From positions 5,890,001-5,954,000 of the forward strand of contig CM120640.1 of assembly GCA_051362555.1 (NCBI GenBank): a stretch of 64,000 bases of DNA, written 5' to 3'. Position 1 is the first letter of the stretch. Every line of letters begins with the position of its first letter. The translations under genes were made by a program, and so were the position numbers. The notes under the pieces were generated by a model. It did not search any database and was not told the origin of the DNA. It worked only from the letters and a program-made list of their open reading frames with translations. The stretch is from Lingula anatina. Taxonomy: Eukaryota > Animalia > Brachiopoda. Positions 12,601 to 26,791 of this stretch are shown piece after piece.

Positions 12601-15600
12601 GCAAATTAGAGCAAGCATAGCATGCTTAACTACTTCAGTGACTGAGTTAGGGGGTCTTTAGGGCGTCTAGTCATGACACCTGTCTTTAATGTCCCATCTG
12701 TTTTTTAACCCAGTTAGAACCTGTCTATCAGTTAAGTATTGCAATATGTTTCACACCTGGGTATGCTTAAGGAATGTTTCCATATATAACTTAAAAGTTA
12801 AATCCCCATTTATTAAAGTAAAAAAAAATGGTTTCGCAGTATATGCTGCTAGATAGCGCGCTACAGGCAAACGGAACATCGTTTTAATTAGTTTATGTCA
12901 ACAAGAAGTTGAACTTGTGCAGTTGCACTCCAGAAACTTAAAGCAAAAATTACAGCCATTGCACTGCCTTTATTCTGTTAATTCAATTGTTTTACCTCAG
13001 TCCCCTCCCTTCTCTGGAACTTGCAGTTAAAAGATACAAGTAAAAAATGTTAATAACTTTCAGTCATTTAAACCCTCTTGTTTATTTTCTCTGATTGGGG
13101 CCGACTTTTTTGTACTCTAAATAAAGTTGCCCTTTTTTGGGCTTCCTGGGTCAATGAAAAGTAATGAAATGGCTTGTAGGCCTACTTGATAAGACTTTGA
13201 CAGCGTGCGTTTGGTTAGATGGTACGTATGATTATTTTCTTAACTGACATGTCACATATCACTAAAGCGCCAATGTAAAAGTCCCATAAATATCTCAACT
13301 TTTGAAGCAGGGCAGATTAAAGGATTTGTCTCTGTAGACTGCAATTCTATGATTTCGAAGGGTAAAAAATGATGAATTTCCCTGTGTTGACGTTGATCTA
13401 ATTGCACGATAGGATTTCTTAAAGACATCCTGACAACCTGTTGGGACGCTGACTTAAAAGTTCGGGATCACTTGGCAGGTCATTGATGCAGAACGCGAGG
13501 CACGTGTCGACATGAGGGGGGACGGGGCCCTGAAGTGGTTAAATGTTTCACTTGGATATCTAGGTGTTTATCTTGTTATTTGAGAACTACTTTTTGTCGG
13601 AGATAGCCTCGGGTTTCCCATTTATTTCATGCCAAAGGAGAGAGGGACGTAGTGTGGCGGAATGTGACGCGCGCAAAGGCGGTGCAGTCGACTGGAGTGT
13701 CAAGTGGCTCGATTAAATGAATTGGTGCAAACAGTTAGCCAAATCATACTTCTTTGTACACATGTAACGACTGCTTCCCACGATTTTGCATTTTGTTTTT
13801 GGCATTTCAATTGATGAGCAATTACGGTGGGTCGCAATTTCAGTCGTTTGCTTGTAAATAATTGCAATGAACTCATTTTACGTGACAACGCCAAACCCAA
13901 TATTTGTACTTGTAAAATCAGATGATTTGTGAACGGCTTTCTCTGCATGAATGAATAATAAGATCATGTTACAGGCTATTGATTTACTTTTTTGCTTACA
14001 TTTAAACAAGCAGTCAGATTTTTTTTATTCGTCTTTAGTTGCCTATTTATTCTGACAATCAGTTCCAAGACTAGTTTTCCTGACGTCATTGATGATTTAA
14101 GTCCACGTGACCTTGCCTTACAGTAAAGATATTTTCCTAGAAATGTATCCAATGACAACATGCTGACAAATGCAAAAAAAAAGGGTTTGCTAAAACAAAT
14201 AAATCACAATGAATACCCGGGGTATGTGTAACAGCACTTGTTTCGCCTTTCGACTCAGGCATTTCCACAGTTTTACCCTGTATAACACATTTAACCACTT
14301 CTGTTCGTACCAATTGAGTTTAAGAGAGTTGAAATAAGGTGCATTTTTTTCTTTCCTTTTTGATGGGATCTAAAGCGATGAAAGTATTACGGTGGGGAAA
14401 TGTGCTTTTTGAGATTTGAAAAAAATTACATTTTTAACGAGGGGAAATGTATAACGCAGGGGGTAAAATACCGAGAAGGGCTTCAAGGCCTACTTCAAAT
14501 TTATTGATTTTACTGGAGGGCGGCGGTAAATTCTTTCTTTAAAGGTATCCATTCCCTTAAAGCAAGCGTCAGAGCTGCACCTGGGTTGTATATTTAGAAA
14601 AATTCCCTTTTTTGAGAAGCAGAGATGATTTGCACTGTCCGATGCATTTACTGATAACACGAAACAACTGTGCGCGGGATGCCCCAGTTTTCTCAAGTGG
14701 ATGATGTTCCTCACCTGCTACTTACTACCAGACAACAAGTGCCCATTCATGGATTTACAGGCGGGAAAAACACGTGTTGTGTTTCTGAAATGCCATTTAT
14801 GATATCGAAACCAAAACCACATACACAATACTTGTTATTGTTGATACACGTGGTACATGTATGTGTCTGTGCTCAAAAGATGTATCTGTTCAGAGGGGAT
14901 GAGTTTCGCCTATGAAATGATGGAAAGTCGAAAAAAACAGATTTTTTATGGTGGCGCATACGTATCCGCTTTTCCTGGGATTTATATAACTACAGCCTTT
15001 GAATGAGAGCAAATGAATAATAAGTCTCACTTATGCATTCTGAAATAATTTTAAAATGATTTTTTAGAATGTTAAAAAAAACAAGCTTTTCCATATTGAA
15101 TCGCAGACTTCAATTCACGCTTTGCCAAATTATTGATCTGTTTATACAAGGGGAGGGGTTCTTGTATGGGTATATAGATTTAAAGTGTCACATGTGGCAT
15201 CTATTTATTTTATAGTCTTATATTAGACGATGTTAAAGATAACTAAATGGACAAATAATCTAGATGTAAGTCAATAGAAAGTAATGAAACTATTTAAAAA
15301 CTTGACTGATGACTGTACGATATGGAATTATGGTCTTTTTTGATATTGTTATCAACAAAACAACATCAAATTTGCAATTATAGACCTTTTTTTTGCTAAT
15401 CCTAATATTATCACGGGTATCTAGGAAAATATTATGTTACTATGGAAACCAAGCGGTAACAGTTCAAAGTGTTGGACTTTATTGGGGTTCTATCTGATGC
15501 ATTATTAAAAAACAATTTCACCCATATAAATATGTAGCTATTTTCCGAATTCTATAAGGGATGTAGCGAGGAAAGACATATGCCATACTTGTCGCACTTT

Positions 15601-16204
15601 TCCCTACCTTTCTATTAAACATTGTTACTCAACAGTGTATTTATAGAAAAGTATGCAACACACACGCGTGCACGCACGCGCATACACACACATACACAGT
15701 ATGTAACACATTGTAAGGACATCAGTTACACATAGCTGGGTTATTTTTAGAAACACTTGATTGAAGAACATAAAAACCAAATTATAAGAGTCTGTTGGCA
15801 CCATAACCCAGTGCCACACACGTTGTGTAACTAAAACTCGGGTCATCTGGCTTCCGGCAAATATCCTCCGTCACCCTTCATTGCTCTAATCTAGAAAATA
15901 GGCTTACAAATACATTGTAGACTTACATACATGTACATATACAATGTTATCTGTAATGAGTGATTCACAAGTGAATAGATACCGATTCTGTAATCTAAGA
16001 TATGTGTTTTGAATGAATTATTTCAGTTTTTTTTCTTTTCCACTTTCTACTCTGCTCATTGTGGTTCATTTTAATAGGCATTTCACCGACACATGAATAT
16101 AGTGACAGACGACAATGCACGAGCTATTGTTAGAAACTGCGAACAACCACGAGCCGACAGACCGGTTGCAGACGAGAGAGATAACTTGCTGACGTCAGCT
16201 GCAG
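9646..16204 (+). CDS. THBS: Thrombospondin exons 1-4: signal peptide and N-terminal laminin-G-like (TSPN) domain
   Basis: [21 protein letters not shown] signal peptide; [12 protein letters not shown] basic patch; [15 protein letters not shown]; [11 protein letters not shown]. Splice phases 1/1/0/1 join cleanly. Confidence 0.7.
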
Positions 16205-19200
16205 GTAATTTTATCAGCTAAAACATTCAAAGCTATTATAGTGTGTTGCCCACTTTTTTGTTGCCTACGAGTAATTGTAAAGCAACTTAAGCGAAACGTT
16301 CTCTGAATGTATTTTAGTCGCTTTATCCCGCATCTAGGATCTCAAAATATCAAGGCAATCCCGGGCCATTCTTCGTTATCACATATTGACGCACATAGTA
16401 ATAAAATTCCAACACAACGGAACCCAACAAGTCCAAGGCACAAAAGGTCTGTTGGATACAATTTAAGATGTCTTTGAGAGAAAAATTGAATTTGTCAAGT
16501 CTTAAACGTTGAAACACCATCTTAATGGCAATGGCTACCGAGCCAACATTACAGAAGGTCTCAATCAGTTTTAATTTCCTGCCAGACGTTGTTGTTGTAT
16601 AGTGCGTGGCACTGAAATACGCGCCCGGTGTTTCCTTGGATGTTGTCCCTACTAGGCGCGCACTGCCAATTTTCTAAACAACCCTCTGTATTTTGCCAGC
16701 AATTAACACGTAATAGGGGCGTCTTCGCCTTGTTTTGAGAGAGTGACTTTCGAAAATGTCAACACTCTTTACGTAAGAGGCAACTGCTTGAAAAATAACA
16801 ATTGGCTTTTTATGAATCGCATGCGAACATCTTTCTGGACACCAATGCACAGCGGATGTCATCTTGTCACTTGATATATGTACCACATTACAACTGCTTA
16901 GACGCTCCCTGAAGCAAGTCATAACATATAAAAAGACGGGGCTAGCATTAACAACAGGGGAAGCTTGGTCAGACCATTAAAATATTTTGGGAGGGACGGA
17001 GATATGTTTGTGAGATAAAGTCATCTATCCAACGTTTGTTTTCATTAAAAAGGCGCTTTTACACAGCCTTTTTGTGTGTGAACCAGTGTTGTGAACACGA
17101 GAACGCCATGCTCTGCCACATCCTTGCCTTACGGAATTGGGCCCAAAACAGTTTCACTTATCATTGCCACACCAAGGCAGCCATCAAAGCGAAATAAAAC
17201 AAGTATGAAAACTTTATCTAAGGATAATGAAGTGCTGGTAACTTAAGTCTTCTTAAAATGGGAGTTTTTCCCAAAGCAGGAATATTTTCTATCAGAATTT
17301 TCCTTCCTCCAGGTAATGGCGTGGGCGATGCAATTGTATCGACAATGGTGGATCTCATTAAAACAATGCAAGAACTCCAGGCAGATTTTCGTATTCAGGT
17401 AAGCATTATTAAATCCGTTTCTCCATTTCAAAAGTACTCAAACCCATTCTACTTATTTTTTTTATTTCAGGTGCTTACGTTTACTTGGTAAATTAACACA
17501 ACTTTTAATTTCAATGAGAAAATACAAAAAAAAATGTATAAAAAGTTGGGTTGTGCACAGAAGTTAACACAGTGCAAGAGGTTTATGTAAAAAGCAACCA
17601 GACGTCCTCACGGTTTTAACTTAGGTTATACACGTGAGTGTACTTAATTGGCCCAAATCTGTAAGCAAGAAAACACATTTCTTCCATGGAAAATACGTTT
17701 TCTCTTTGATTCCTATCAAAAAAGCTTGAATTATATTTTCCAGATGAGGGAAACCCGCCAGTTGGTATCCACTATGGCAAACTGCTACATGTGTAAAGGT
17801 ATATCAGTTATCTTTAATCAAAAGACGTTCGTTTTTAAAATTCCAAGTTGAGTTATTTCGAGTCCTCAACAAAACCCCTGTGGGGTACGTTCCTCACGCG
17901 CACAAATGGTCAAGGAATGTTCGAATCCAATCTATTTTATGCCATGGTTACATCATTAGGCATTTTGACCAATTGGTTGCACGCATCTTTAGTTACAGAG
18001 CATGGTATGTTATATATTAACGTATCGTTTACTCACATCGGGTAGATAAAAAAAGGCCCGAACTATGGATTATATATGAAAGTGATTCTTATAAGTCAAT
18101 GAAATTTAGCTAAATACTGCTTCTTTTTTCCTAAACCATTTAAATGTTTTAACTCGATAGCTTCTATAGTACAAAAAGTCTCCCAAAGTACAAAGCTGAA
18201 ATTAGAAGCTAAATTGTTACGTAGTCCAGCTGTACCCTTTCAGAAAAGGTGATTTAACCAGACCGTCATAAAGGGCCAACTGTTTTCAGCATTTTTTTCA
18301 CGTGAGCCAATGCATGCCCTTACCTCTAGCGGAGAAAACCCCGTGCCAACATTTTGAAATACGGTCCTTTCATCCACGTTCAGCAACACAAACGACACTT
18401 GGCCTGCTTAGCAGTTTTTACGACTAGAGAGGTTCAGATGAAGCGATCTACAGCTACTTAACTACAAAACAGGGACTGTGTGGGGCAATTATTCTTTCTT
18501 GTGAACCCACACATAACCTGCTCTCCCTTTAGCTTCGTAATGTTACTTGCATAGAGAGTGAGCACTTCTTAAAGTTAATACAGTGCACGAGGAACATCGC
18601 TATTATCGCCAACCGCAACAACCAGGAGGAAAGCGGTAGTCATTCAGAACACCGTGAAACCCGACATGTATTGGGGGAGATAATTGATAATTATAGTATT
18701 GAACCACAAGCATGGATTACTGTTTCAAAACATTGAAACTTTGTGAACTAACACATGCATTTAGCTGAATTTCGTCGTCTCTTTGTAATAGTCTATATAA
18801 GAAAATTCAAGATTTAGGCGCCAGATTTTTATCAACCCGATGTTCAGCGCTTCAGTTCACTGTACAATGCAGAGTACGTACACGTATATATCATTTTAAA
18901 TGCTTTTGGCACCTGCGATCATTGCACGACGTCTTCTCTGAAGCAATTCATTGAAGACAGATGAAAATCATTTATAAAAGTAAAGCGACCTTTCAAATTA
19001 GCAGTATTTTTATTTATTAGAAGGCACAGCTCAAACGCACATATTTCTAAGTTCATATGCAGTGTTGTTAAAAAACAAAACATTTAAAATGCTTCTCTAT
19101 CACAATCACTTTCGGCACCTTTTGGTCGAACCGGCGTTGCCATATTTCAGCAGATATCTTTAAATGCACCGCAAGATTTCTATTTTCAGCCCCCAAAACA

Positions 19201-22200
19201 CAGCAAGAGCAGCCTCTCATCACATGCAAGAACAACCCTTGCTACCCGGGCGTGGCGTGTAAGGACACACCCACTGGTTTTGAGTGCGGCTCATGTCCTC
19301 CTGGTTTCAGTGGGAACGGGATATCGTGCACGCGAGTCGTGGCCGGTTGTTCTACAGACCCTTGCTATCCAGGCGTCCAATGCCGGGATACGCCCAATGG
19401 ATATCGCTGTGGCCCCTGTCCCCCAGGGTTCACAGGGGATGGCCGGAACTGCGTGCCAGACACCAAGCCATGTGACTCCAACCCCTGCTACCCCGGGGTC
19501 CAGTGCGAGAATACCCCTGATGGCGGCTTCCGATGTGGACCATGCCCACCGGGTCACATAGGGAATGGAAAGGAGTGCAAGTTTATCAGAGGATGCGAAT
19601 CCAATCCGTGTGCCCCGGGAGTTGAATGCCGGGACCTGCCAGACGGCTTCCGCTGCGGGCCCTGCCCGCCAGGATTCACTGGAGACGGCGAAATCTGCGT
19701 TCCTCTCGGCGCCTGCGCGTCTGGTCCATGTTACCCAGGGGTGCAGTGTCAAGATACACCTGAAGGCTGGTACAGGTGTGGGCCATGTCCAATTGGTTTC
19801 ACTGGGGACGGCCTAGTGTGTGCCCCAGTGCGCGGTTGTGACAGTTCTCCGTGCTACCCAGGGGTCCAGTGCCGGGACACTATCGATGGTTTCGAGTGCG
19901 GCCCCTGCCCACCAGGCTACACGGGCAATGGTGAGGTGTGTGAACCTATTCAAGGCTGCGCGTCCAACCCATGTCACCACCGCGTTCAGTGCCAAGACAC
20001 GCCAACCCCACCATACTACCGCTGTGGGCCCTGCCCCCCGGGCCACATCGGGGACGGCATCACGTGTCATAAAGACGCCTGTCAACCAAACCCATGTTTT
20101 GAAGGGGTGCAGTGTGTTAGTGCAGGCAATGGAGACTACATATGTGGGCCCTGTCCCCCTGGTTTTACCGGTGATGGCAAGACATGTAAGTCTTACAGAG
20201 GAGGGTGTGACCCCAATCCCTGCCACCCAGGGGTCCAGTGCCAGGAGACCCCCTTCGGCTACAGGTGTGGCCAGTGCCCGCCTGGGTTCAGCGGAGACGG
20301 AGAGACCTGTTTGCCGTACCGAGGCGGGTGTGAGAACAGCCCATGTTACCCTGGGGTACAGTGTTTGGACACGCCCAGTGGGTACCTTTGTGGTCCCTGC
20401 CCACCAGGTTATACCGGGGACGGAGTGAGCTGTAACAGGTTCATCACATGTAATGATAGACCATGCTTCGACGGTAAGTAGCACCGACTGCCCTGTTATC
20501 CCCTTAACAACCGTCACATATCGAATACATTTTTGGGTATAGGAGCAAACATTGCATAATATAGCCTACCTTTTATTAGTCTGTGAAATTTATTATTATT
20601 ATTATTATTTTATTTTTTTGGAGGGGGGGGGCATTTTTTGATTCAGAAAATACAGTTTATGAAGATTAACATCAGCGAGAAAACTGCAGTAAACCCGTAC
20701 AGTCTAGCTCTTGACCCAGCAACTGTAAGGGCAGCTGTAAAAAATCAACTTCCAAATGAGACTTTAACATCCTTCATGTTTTTCACTATGTAAATCAGAG
20801 TGTGATTTCCTTAAGTAGCTTTAACTATTGTGAGAATATTCTTTTAAAAGGCTTCTACCTCCTTAACGTTTGACCCACCCATCCATTCACATTTCTATAC
20901 ACCTTCCAACACTCCACCCTTGCATCACCTTTGTCCCGGGGGTGGTACGCCCAAAATAGTTACCAGGTGCCACCCCTGGGACCTCCTTAGTATATAGACT
21001 GCCTGATCCCTTCTATTTTCCAGGTTTTCCAATAAAGGCTTAAATCCTAAAGGTTTTCGGTTTAAACTGGCTATAACACGTAAGAGGACAGTATAGACGG
21101 CGTTATGGTCGCGTTATAGGACATTTTCTAACATCTTGTTTCATCTGTCCTATTTCTGTTCCAGTTTCTTCACATTTGTAGGTTTATTTTGTTACCATCA
21201 CCGCACATAATAACCACAGATAGTTCTACTAGAGAATATGCAATCATTGCCCTTTTTATATAGGGCAACGGCGCGGCGAATGTTCATGATGAATGATCTT
21301 GCATTGTACTCTAGCCAAGTGCCTTGCAGTGCGGACGGTTTTTTCAAGCCTTTTTCCCTTAAATGTAATTTCTGTTTATTTTCCTTTTTGCTATTTACAA
21401 TTTCCAATCGTCTCATTTAAGAAAGTAATGTTATTGTTCAAAATACACGAATAAGCTCTTAAAATTACTTCAAGAATAACTCCAGTAACTAAATCCAAAT
21501 ACAAGAACCTGTCCGTCACGGCAAAGCAAATTGGATCGTAACGGAATGTTTATGTAATGTATTATTCTCCAGCGTAGATAATATAATTCTCTTCGTTTTT
21601 TCTTTTATTTTTGCTCATTAAATGCGGGAGCATGTTAGCGGCTGTCCCGCGGCGCAGGAGTTTTGCAATGCTACGAACGACTTTTTTATTTGATGACGGA
21701 GCAGACATCTCCGTGAATTATGCATTAACTTTAATATGCATGACCAAATTAATTTAATGCAAACACATTCAAATTGTTGCTTTTAACGACTTACATGTAC
21801 ACATAAAAATATATGCACACGACTTGTTTTGGGTTTATGAAAAGAAAAATACATTTTTATTGTTATAAAGGCAACTGCTGTATGTTTAAATCTCTAAGTT
21901 TGTGGACATAGTAATCCCAAACATTTGTTTATCAGTGCTGTTAAACCATTCACAGAAAGTCATCACGTTTAATTGAAATACGAAATACAATGAATCAACA
22001 CAGGTCATCATCATTTGTTTTTTTATTTTCTATCTACATTTAACATATATGTATCATATTTTTACCAACTGCTAGTACGGCTGGCAAGAAAATTAAAAAG
22101 AAACCCAATTTACACTTTATTAATTTCATATTAGGCGTCCAGTGTCGTGACGGTGTAGACGGGTTCGAGTGTGGACCCTGCCCACCTGGCTATACAGGGG

Positions 22201-25200
22201 ACGGCCAGGGCACAGGGGGATGCGTGGCCATCCCTAAACGGGAGACGTGTGAGATGCAGCCATGTTTCCCCGGGGTGCCCTGTGTGGACATTGACACCGG
22301 GGTCCAGTGTGGACCGTGTCCTGAAGGTTACCGTGGTGACGGCATCACGTGCGAGGATATCGATGAGGTCAGATTAAATCATTTGGTTCCTTTAAATGTT
22401 TTAGCGGATACTATTAATGGCAACTCATAATGTTGACCATACAATTGCAACTGTTTGGTGTCTTACTGTGATCATTATCAGTGCAGTCGATACAATGAAT
22501 AAATCAATAAATTGGTTCATTGATTTCAGTTTTATTTGAGAGACAGTACGAAAAAGAGAAAAAAGTTATAATATCTGCTATAAATTACATGCATCTTATG
22601 AGCATGGTTTCAAAAAAAAAGTTTGCGTTTTGAAAAATATTAAAACATGCAGTTAAATTCCGTTTCTCCTATTCCAGTGTGTGGAAGGGGACCCGTGTGA
22701 CCCTCTGACACGCTGTGTTAACAAATCCCCGGGGTACGAATGTGAAGCGTGTCCTCCTGGCTACCGAGGGGACGCTGTCTCTGGAGTTGGACTGGAGTTT
22801 GCTAAAAACAACAAACAGGTATGGAAGGCAAATGACGACGCTTGGGTAGGGTATTCACTTTTAAATAATTGGTTCCAATTATTTTACAGGGTATGTGTGA
22901 AATTATATATTTAAAGGGCCTGCTCCAGGCGGGGCGTAACAAAGAGTGTTATACTTAAACGTTTTAAAGCCCCGTTTTTTTATTTCTGTCAACTAGCAGA
23001 GCAGTAACATCACTGTTGTTATCCCCTAATTCCAGGTATGTGTAGATATTAACGAGTGTGTGGAGGGAGATCCATGTGCCCCTGGAGTGCGCTGCGTCAA
23101 CTTAGAGCCTGGTTACCAGTGTGAGGCCTGTCCCCCGGGATTCAGGGGGGATGCAGTCAGAGGAGTGGGGCTCGAGTTTGCTAAAAACAATAAACAGGTA
23201 TATTTACTGTTTTTATTTGCCGCTTTACTACCGTAGTTATGAGTTGGTTGTTAAGCGATTTAGTTAAGCGTTAGATTTGAACCATATCATATTTTCGACC
23301 TATCTGATTTTTAAATTTAAAAATCATTCAAATATCAGTAACGCACCCATCTTAAATTACAATTTGAACCATACGTAAGGCTATTTGATCAAAGAAGCAT
23401 TATGCTGCATATTGGCAAAAATGACATTTTCATTGGTGCTTAGGGTTTAAAATGTGCTGTTGCATTTTATTAAAAGATATGTGTAGACATTAACGAGTGT
23501 GTGGAGGGAGATCCGTGTGCTCCCGGAGTGCGCTGTGTCAACTTAGAGCCTGGTTACCAGTGTGAGGCCTGTCCCCCGGGATTCAGGGGAGATGCAGTCA
23601 GGGGAGTGGGGCTCGAGTTTGCTAAAAACAATAAACAGGTAATTCTAAAATGAGTTGCAACTGTCTTAATATAGTTATGTAGCCGCTGTTTTACTAGTTA
23701 GTCGTCATCTTTGTATTACGACCTACCTGTAGGCTATTAGGTTGTATTATAACACGTCTAGTTTATCCAATTCTGGCATTATTAGTTTAACTCTTCAAAT
23801 AATATGACTGAATTAAATCATTTTAAAAGGATTTCGATAAACTCAGCTACAAGGGAACATGCGTATGTCCAAATGAATATTATACTATTTTCTGGTGGAA
23901 GATATATATCAGTAATTACGGTGACATTTTTTGTTGTTGGGTGTTTATCATTTAAAATATGCTGTTGTGTTTTAATTTCTAGATATGTGTAGACATAAAC
24001 GAGTGTGTGGAGGGAGATCCGTGTGCCCCGGGAACGCGCTGTGTCAACTTAGAGCCTGGTTACCAGTGTGAGGCCTGCCCCCCGGGATTCAGGGGGGATG
24101 CAGTAGGGGGAGTAGGGCTTGATTTTGCTAATAACAACAAGCAGGTATTTACCGAAGTTATTTGATCAGTTTTGACCACTGACATGACTTTTTTGTGAAA
24201 TTGAAAAAAAATTACAAGTTGAAAAAGTGAATAGTTTATTGATAAAAGGAGAACCTTACATAACCAGTAATTTATGAATACGTAAATTCAGCATTCAGTG
24301 TAAAGTCTATTCCAGACTGTGTAATTATTACATGGGAATACTAATTATCTCATAAATAGGTTTGTGTAGACATTAACGAGTGTGTGGAGGGAGATCCGTG
24401 TGCTCCTGGAGTACGCTGTGTCAACTTGGAGCATGGTTACCAGTGTGAGGCCTGTCCCCCGGGTTTCAGGGGGGATGCAGTCAGGGGAGTGGGACTGGAG
24501 TTTGCTAAAAACAATAAACAGGTACACCATGATATCAACTGCATTGCTTCTGTTTGCATTATGAGTTTAAAAACGTTTGAAAGTGTTTTCAATTTTTAAC
24601 ATAGAATCTTAAGAAGCATTGTTTTAACAGAATTACTTGATGAGCAAATAAAGTCAGGTGGTAGTGAAACCCTTTTGAATGATGATTGATATCATATTAT
24701 GTAAGGGTGGTTTCATTTTTAAAAACAATATAGGCGTTTAAAAATGCACTTAAAGTGTGTTGTTCCTTTCTTGCCACAGGTGTGTGTTGATATTGATGAG
24801 TGTGTGGAAGGGGACCCGTGTGACCCTCTGACACGCTGTGTTAACAAATCCCCGGGGTACGAATGTGAAGCGTGTCCTCCAGGCTACCGAGGGGACGCTG
24901 TCTCTGGAATTGGACTCGAGTTTGCTAAAAATAACAAACAGGTAACTTTTGCATCGAATGCTGTCTGTATTTCGCTTTATCCAGATTGTTTTTTCCCCAA
25001 TCATTGTCAATTTATATTTTTCCTATCTTTTCTGTTTATTACGTTAGCGCCAACCTTTAAACCCATGAAGCAAGTGGCATAGCTTTCACATATCAATTTA
25101 TTCCCCAGGTTTGTGTTGATATTGATGAGTGCCTGGAAGCCTCTCCCTGCGATACGTTAACACGCTGTACTAACCTGATGGGCGGGTACGAGTGCAGTGC

Positions 25201-26752
25201 ATGCCCACCTGGCTTTTCAGGAGATGCCGTCAGCGGGGCGGGGCTGGAGTTTGCCAGTGCCAACAAACAGGTGCGTGTCTATCATGACGTCACAAACCAG
25301 GGCTGGCAATTGTATATAACCGTCTGTTTACTTATTATTTTGGTGGGTAAAAATCCAGGGTTAAACAGTTACGCAGTACTGCAGAGAATAAAATGTAAAT
25401 TGTTTTGATGAATGGCCAAACATTGTCATTGAATTAATTGTAATTCCTTTGTCTTACTCGTTAAATTTAATATTGTTTGTAATATTTGTTGTCTCTCCTC
25501 CACCAGGTGTGCGCTGACATCAATGAGTGTGAAGACGGTAACAACGGCGGGTGCACTCTCCATTCTGAATGTATCAACACGATTGTGAGTATGAACAATA
25601 TCTAAAAGGATTTTAGCATCAGGATTTTTAAAAAGTCCATATTTGTGTTTTATTTGGATTCATACTCTTTGTATAAAATCCAAAAAGAAACGTGCGTGCC
25701 GCCCTTTATAAAACCAGAACTATAGCACTGACATTGATAGGCTCTAACACAGTTACTAACGTTTACACATTGAAGGGTTGCATAAAATTGCTTATTTTAG
25801 GGGTCTTATGAATGTGGAGAATGCGAAGAAGGTTTCGTTGGTAACCAGACGTACGGTTGTGTTAAATACTGCGACGACAAAAAGACAGTATGTCACTCTA
25901 AGGCCAAGTGTGTCAGGAAACAGACCGGAGAAGACGGCTACCTGTGTGAGGTAAGGCTTCTAAAGCAGCCGTAATGGACCATTTTAAAATACACTATCAC
26001 TAATTCATCAAGTTTTTGGCGTTCATTTTGGTAGCGTCTTTGAAATTCGCCAGTTTTGTTTCAAGACATAAACGATGATAATAAAAAAACATATTCGTTT
26101 ACAATGAATAAATGAATAATTTATTTATAGTCATGTACCTAAGTAAGGCTTACAAGACTGTTTACAAACATATATTTCATCATATACTGTGAGCTATTTG
26201 CTTTTATTGACTTGTTGAACAATAACCATTCTAAAACTCATGAATCAATTACATTTAAACAATATGTTCAGGTAAATTTTTGGCGGTAGATGTCGCATGT
26301 ATCACTTTTGCTGACCATAATTTGATTAATTCTCTACGTTTTTAGTGTGGAATTGGCTGGGCAGGCAATGGTGAAATCTGCGGAAGAGACAAAGATTTAG
26401 ATAATAGACCAGATGAAGAACTGCCATGTCCTGAAAAAACGTGTAGAAAAGTAAGTCGGCGATTAAATGTTTTGAAATGGCATATAATTTTATAAATTCT
26501 GTATAAGGTAGTATTAAAGAAATCACACCGAAGACGTTCTTATAATGTGTATCTTCGACAAGCTCATCGATTCCATGAGATCTATCCATCTAAAACATCG
26601 TTTTAAGCTTTTATCATTTATAAATTGTTCAACTGCAGGATAACTGTCCAAATGTCCCAAATGGTGGCCAAACAGACTCCGACGGTGATGGTTTGGGGGA
26701 TGCCTGTGATCCAGACATTGACAATGACGGAATACCAAACAGGCCGGTAAGT

Positions 26753-26791
<39 letters not shown>

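Noticed and set aside
17915-17932. GTTCGAATCC B-box-like motif suggesting a tRNA or SINE
   Set aside because: No cloverleaf stems or A-box around it.
19280-20517. Long overlapping alternative-frame and antisense ORFs (202, 234, 153 aa)
   Set aside because: Shadows of the GC-rich, repetitive EGF exon; no recognisable protein features.
22678-25270. Regularly spaced repeats with unique spacers, superficially CRISPR-like
   Set aside because: The repeats are 141-162-nt coding exons with splice sites and the spacers are introns. No cas genes; eukaryotic context.
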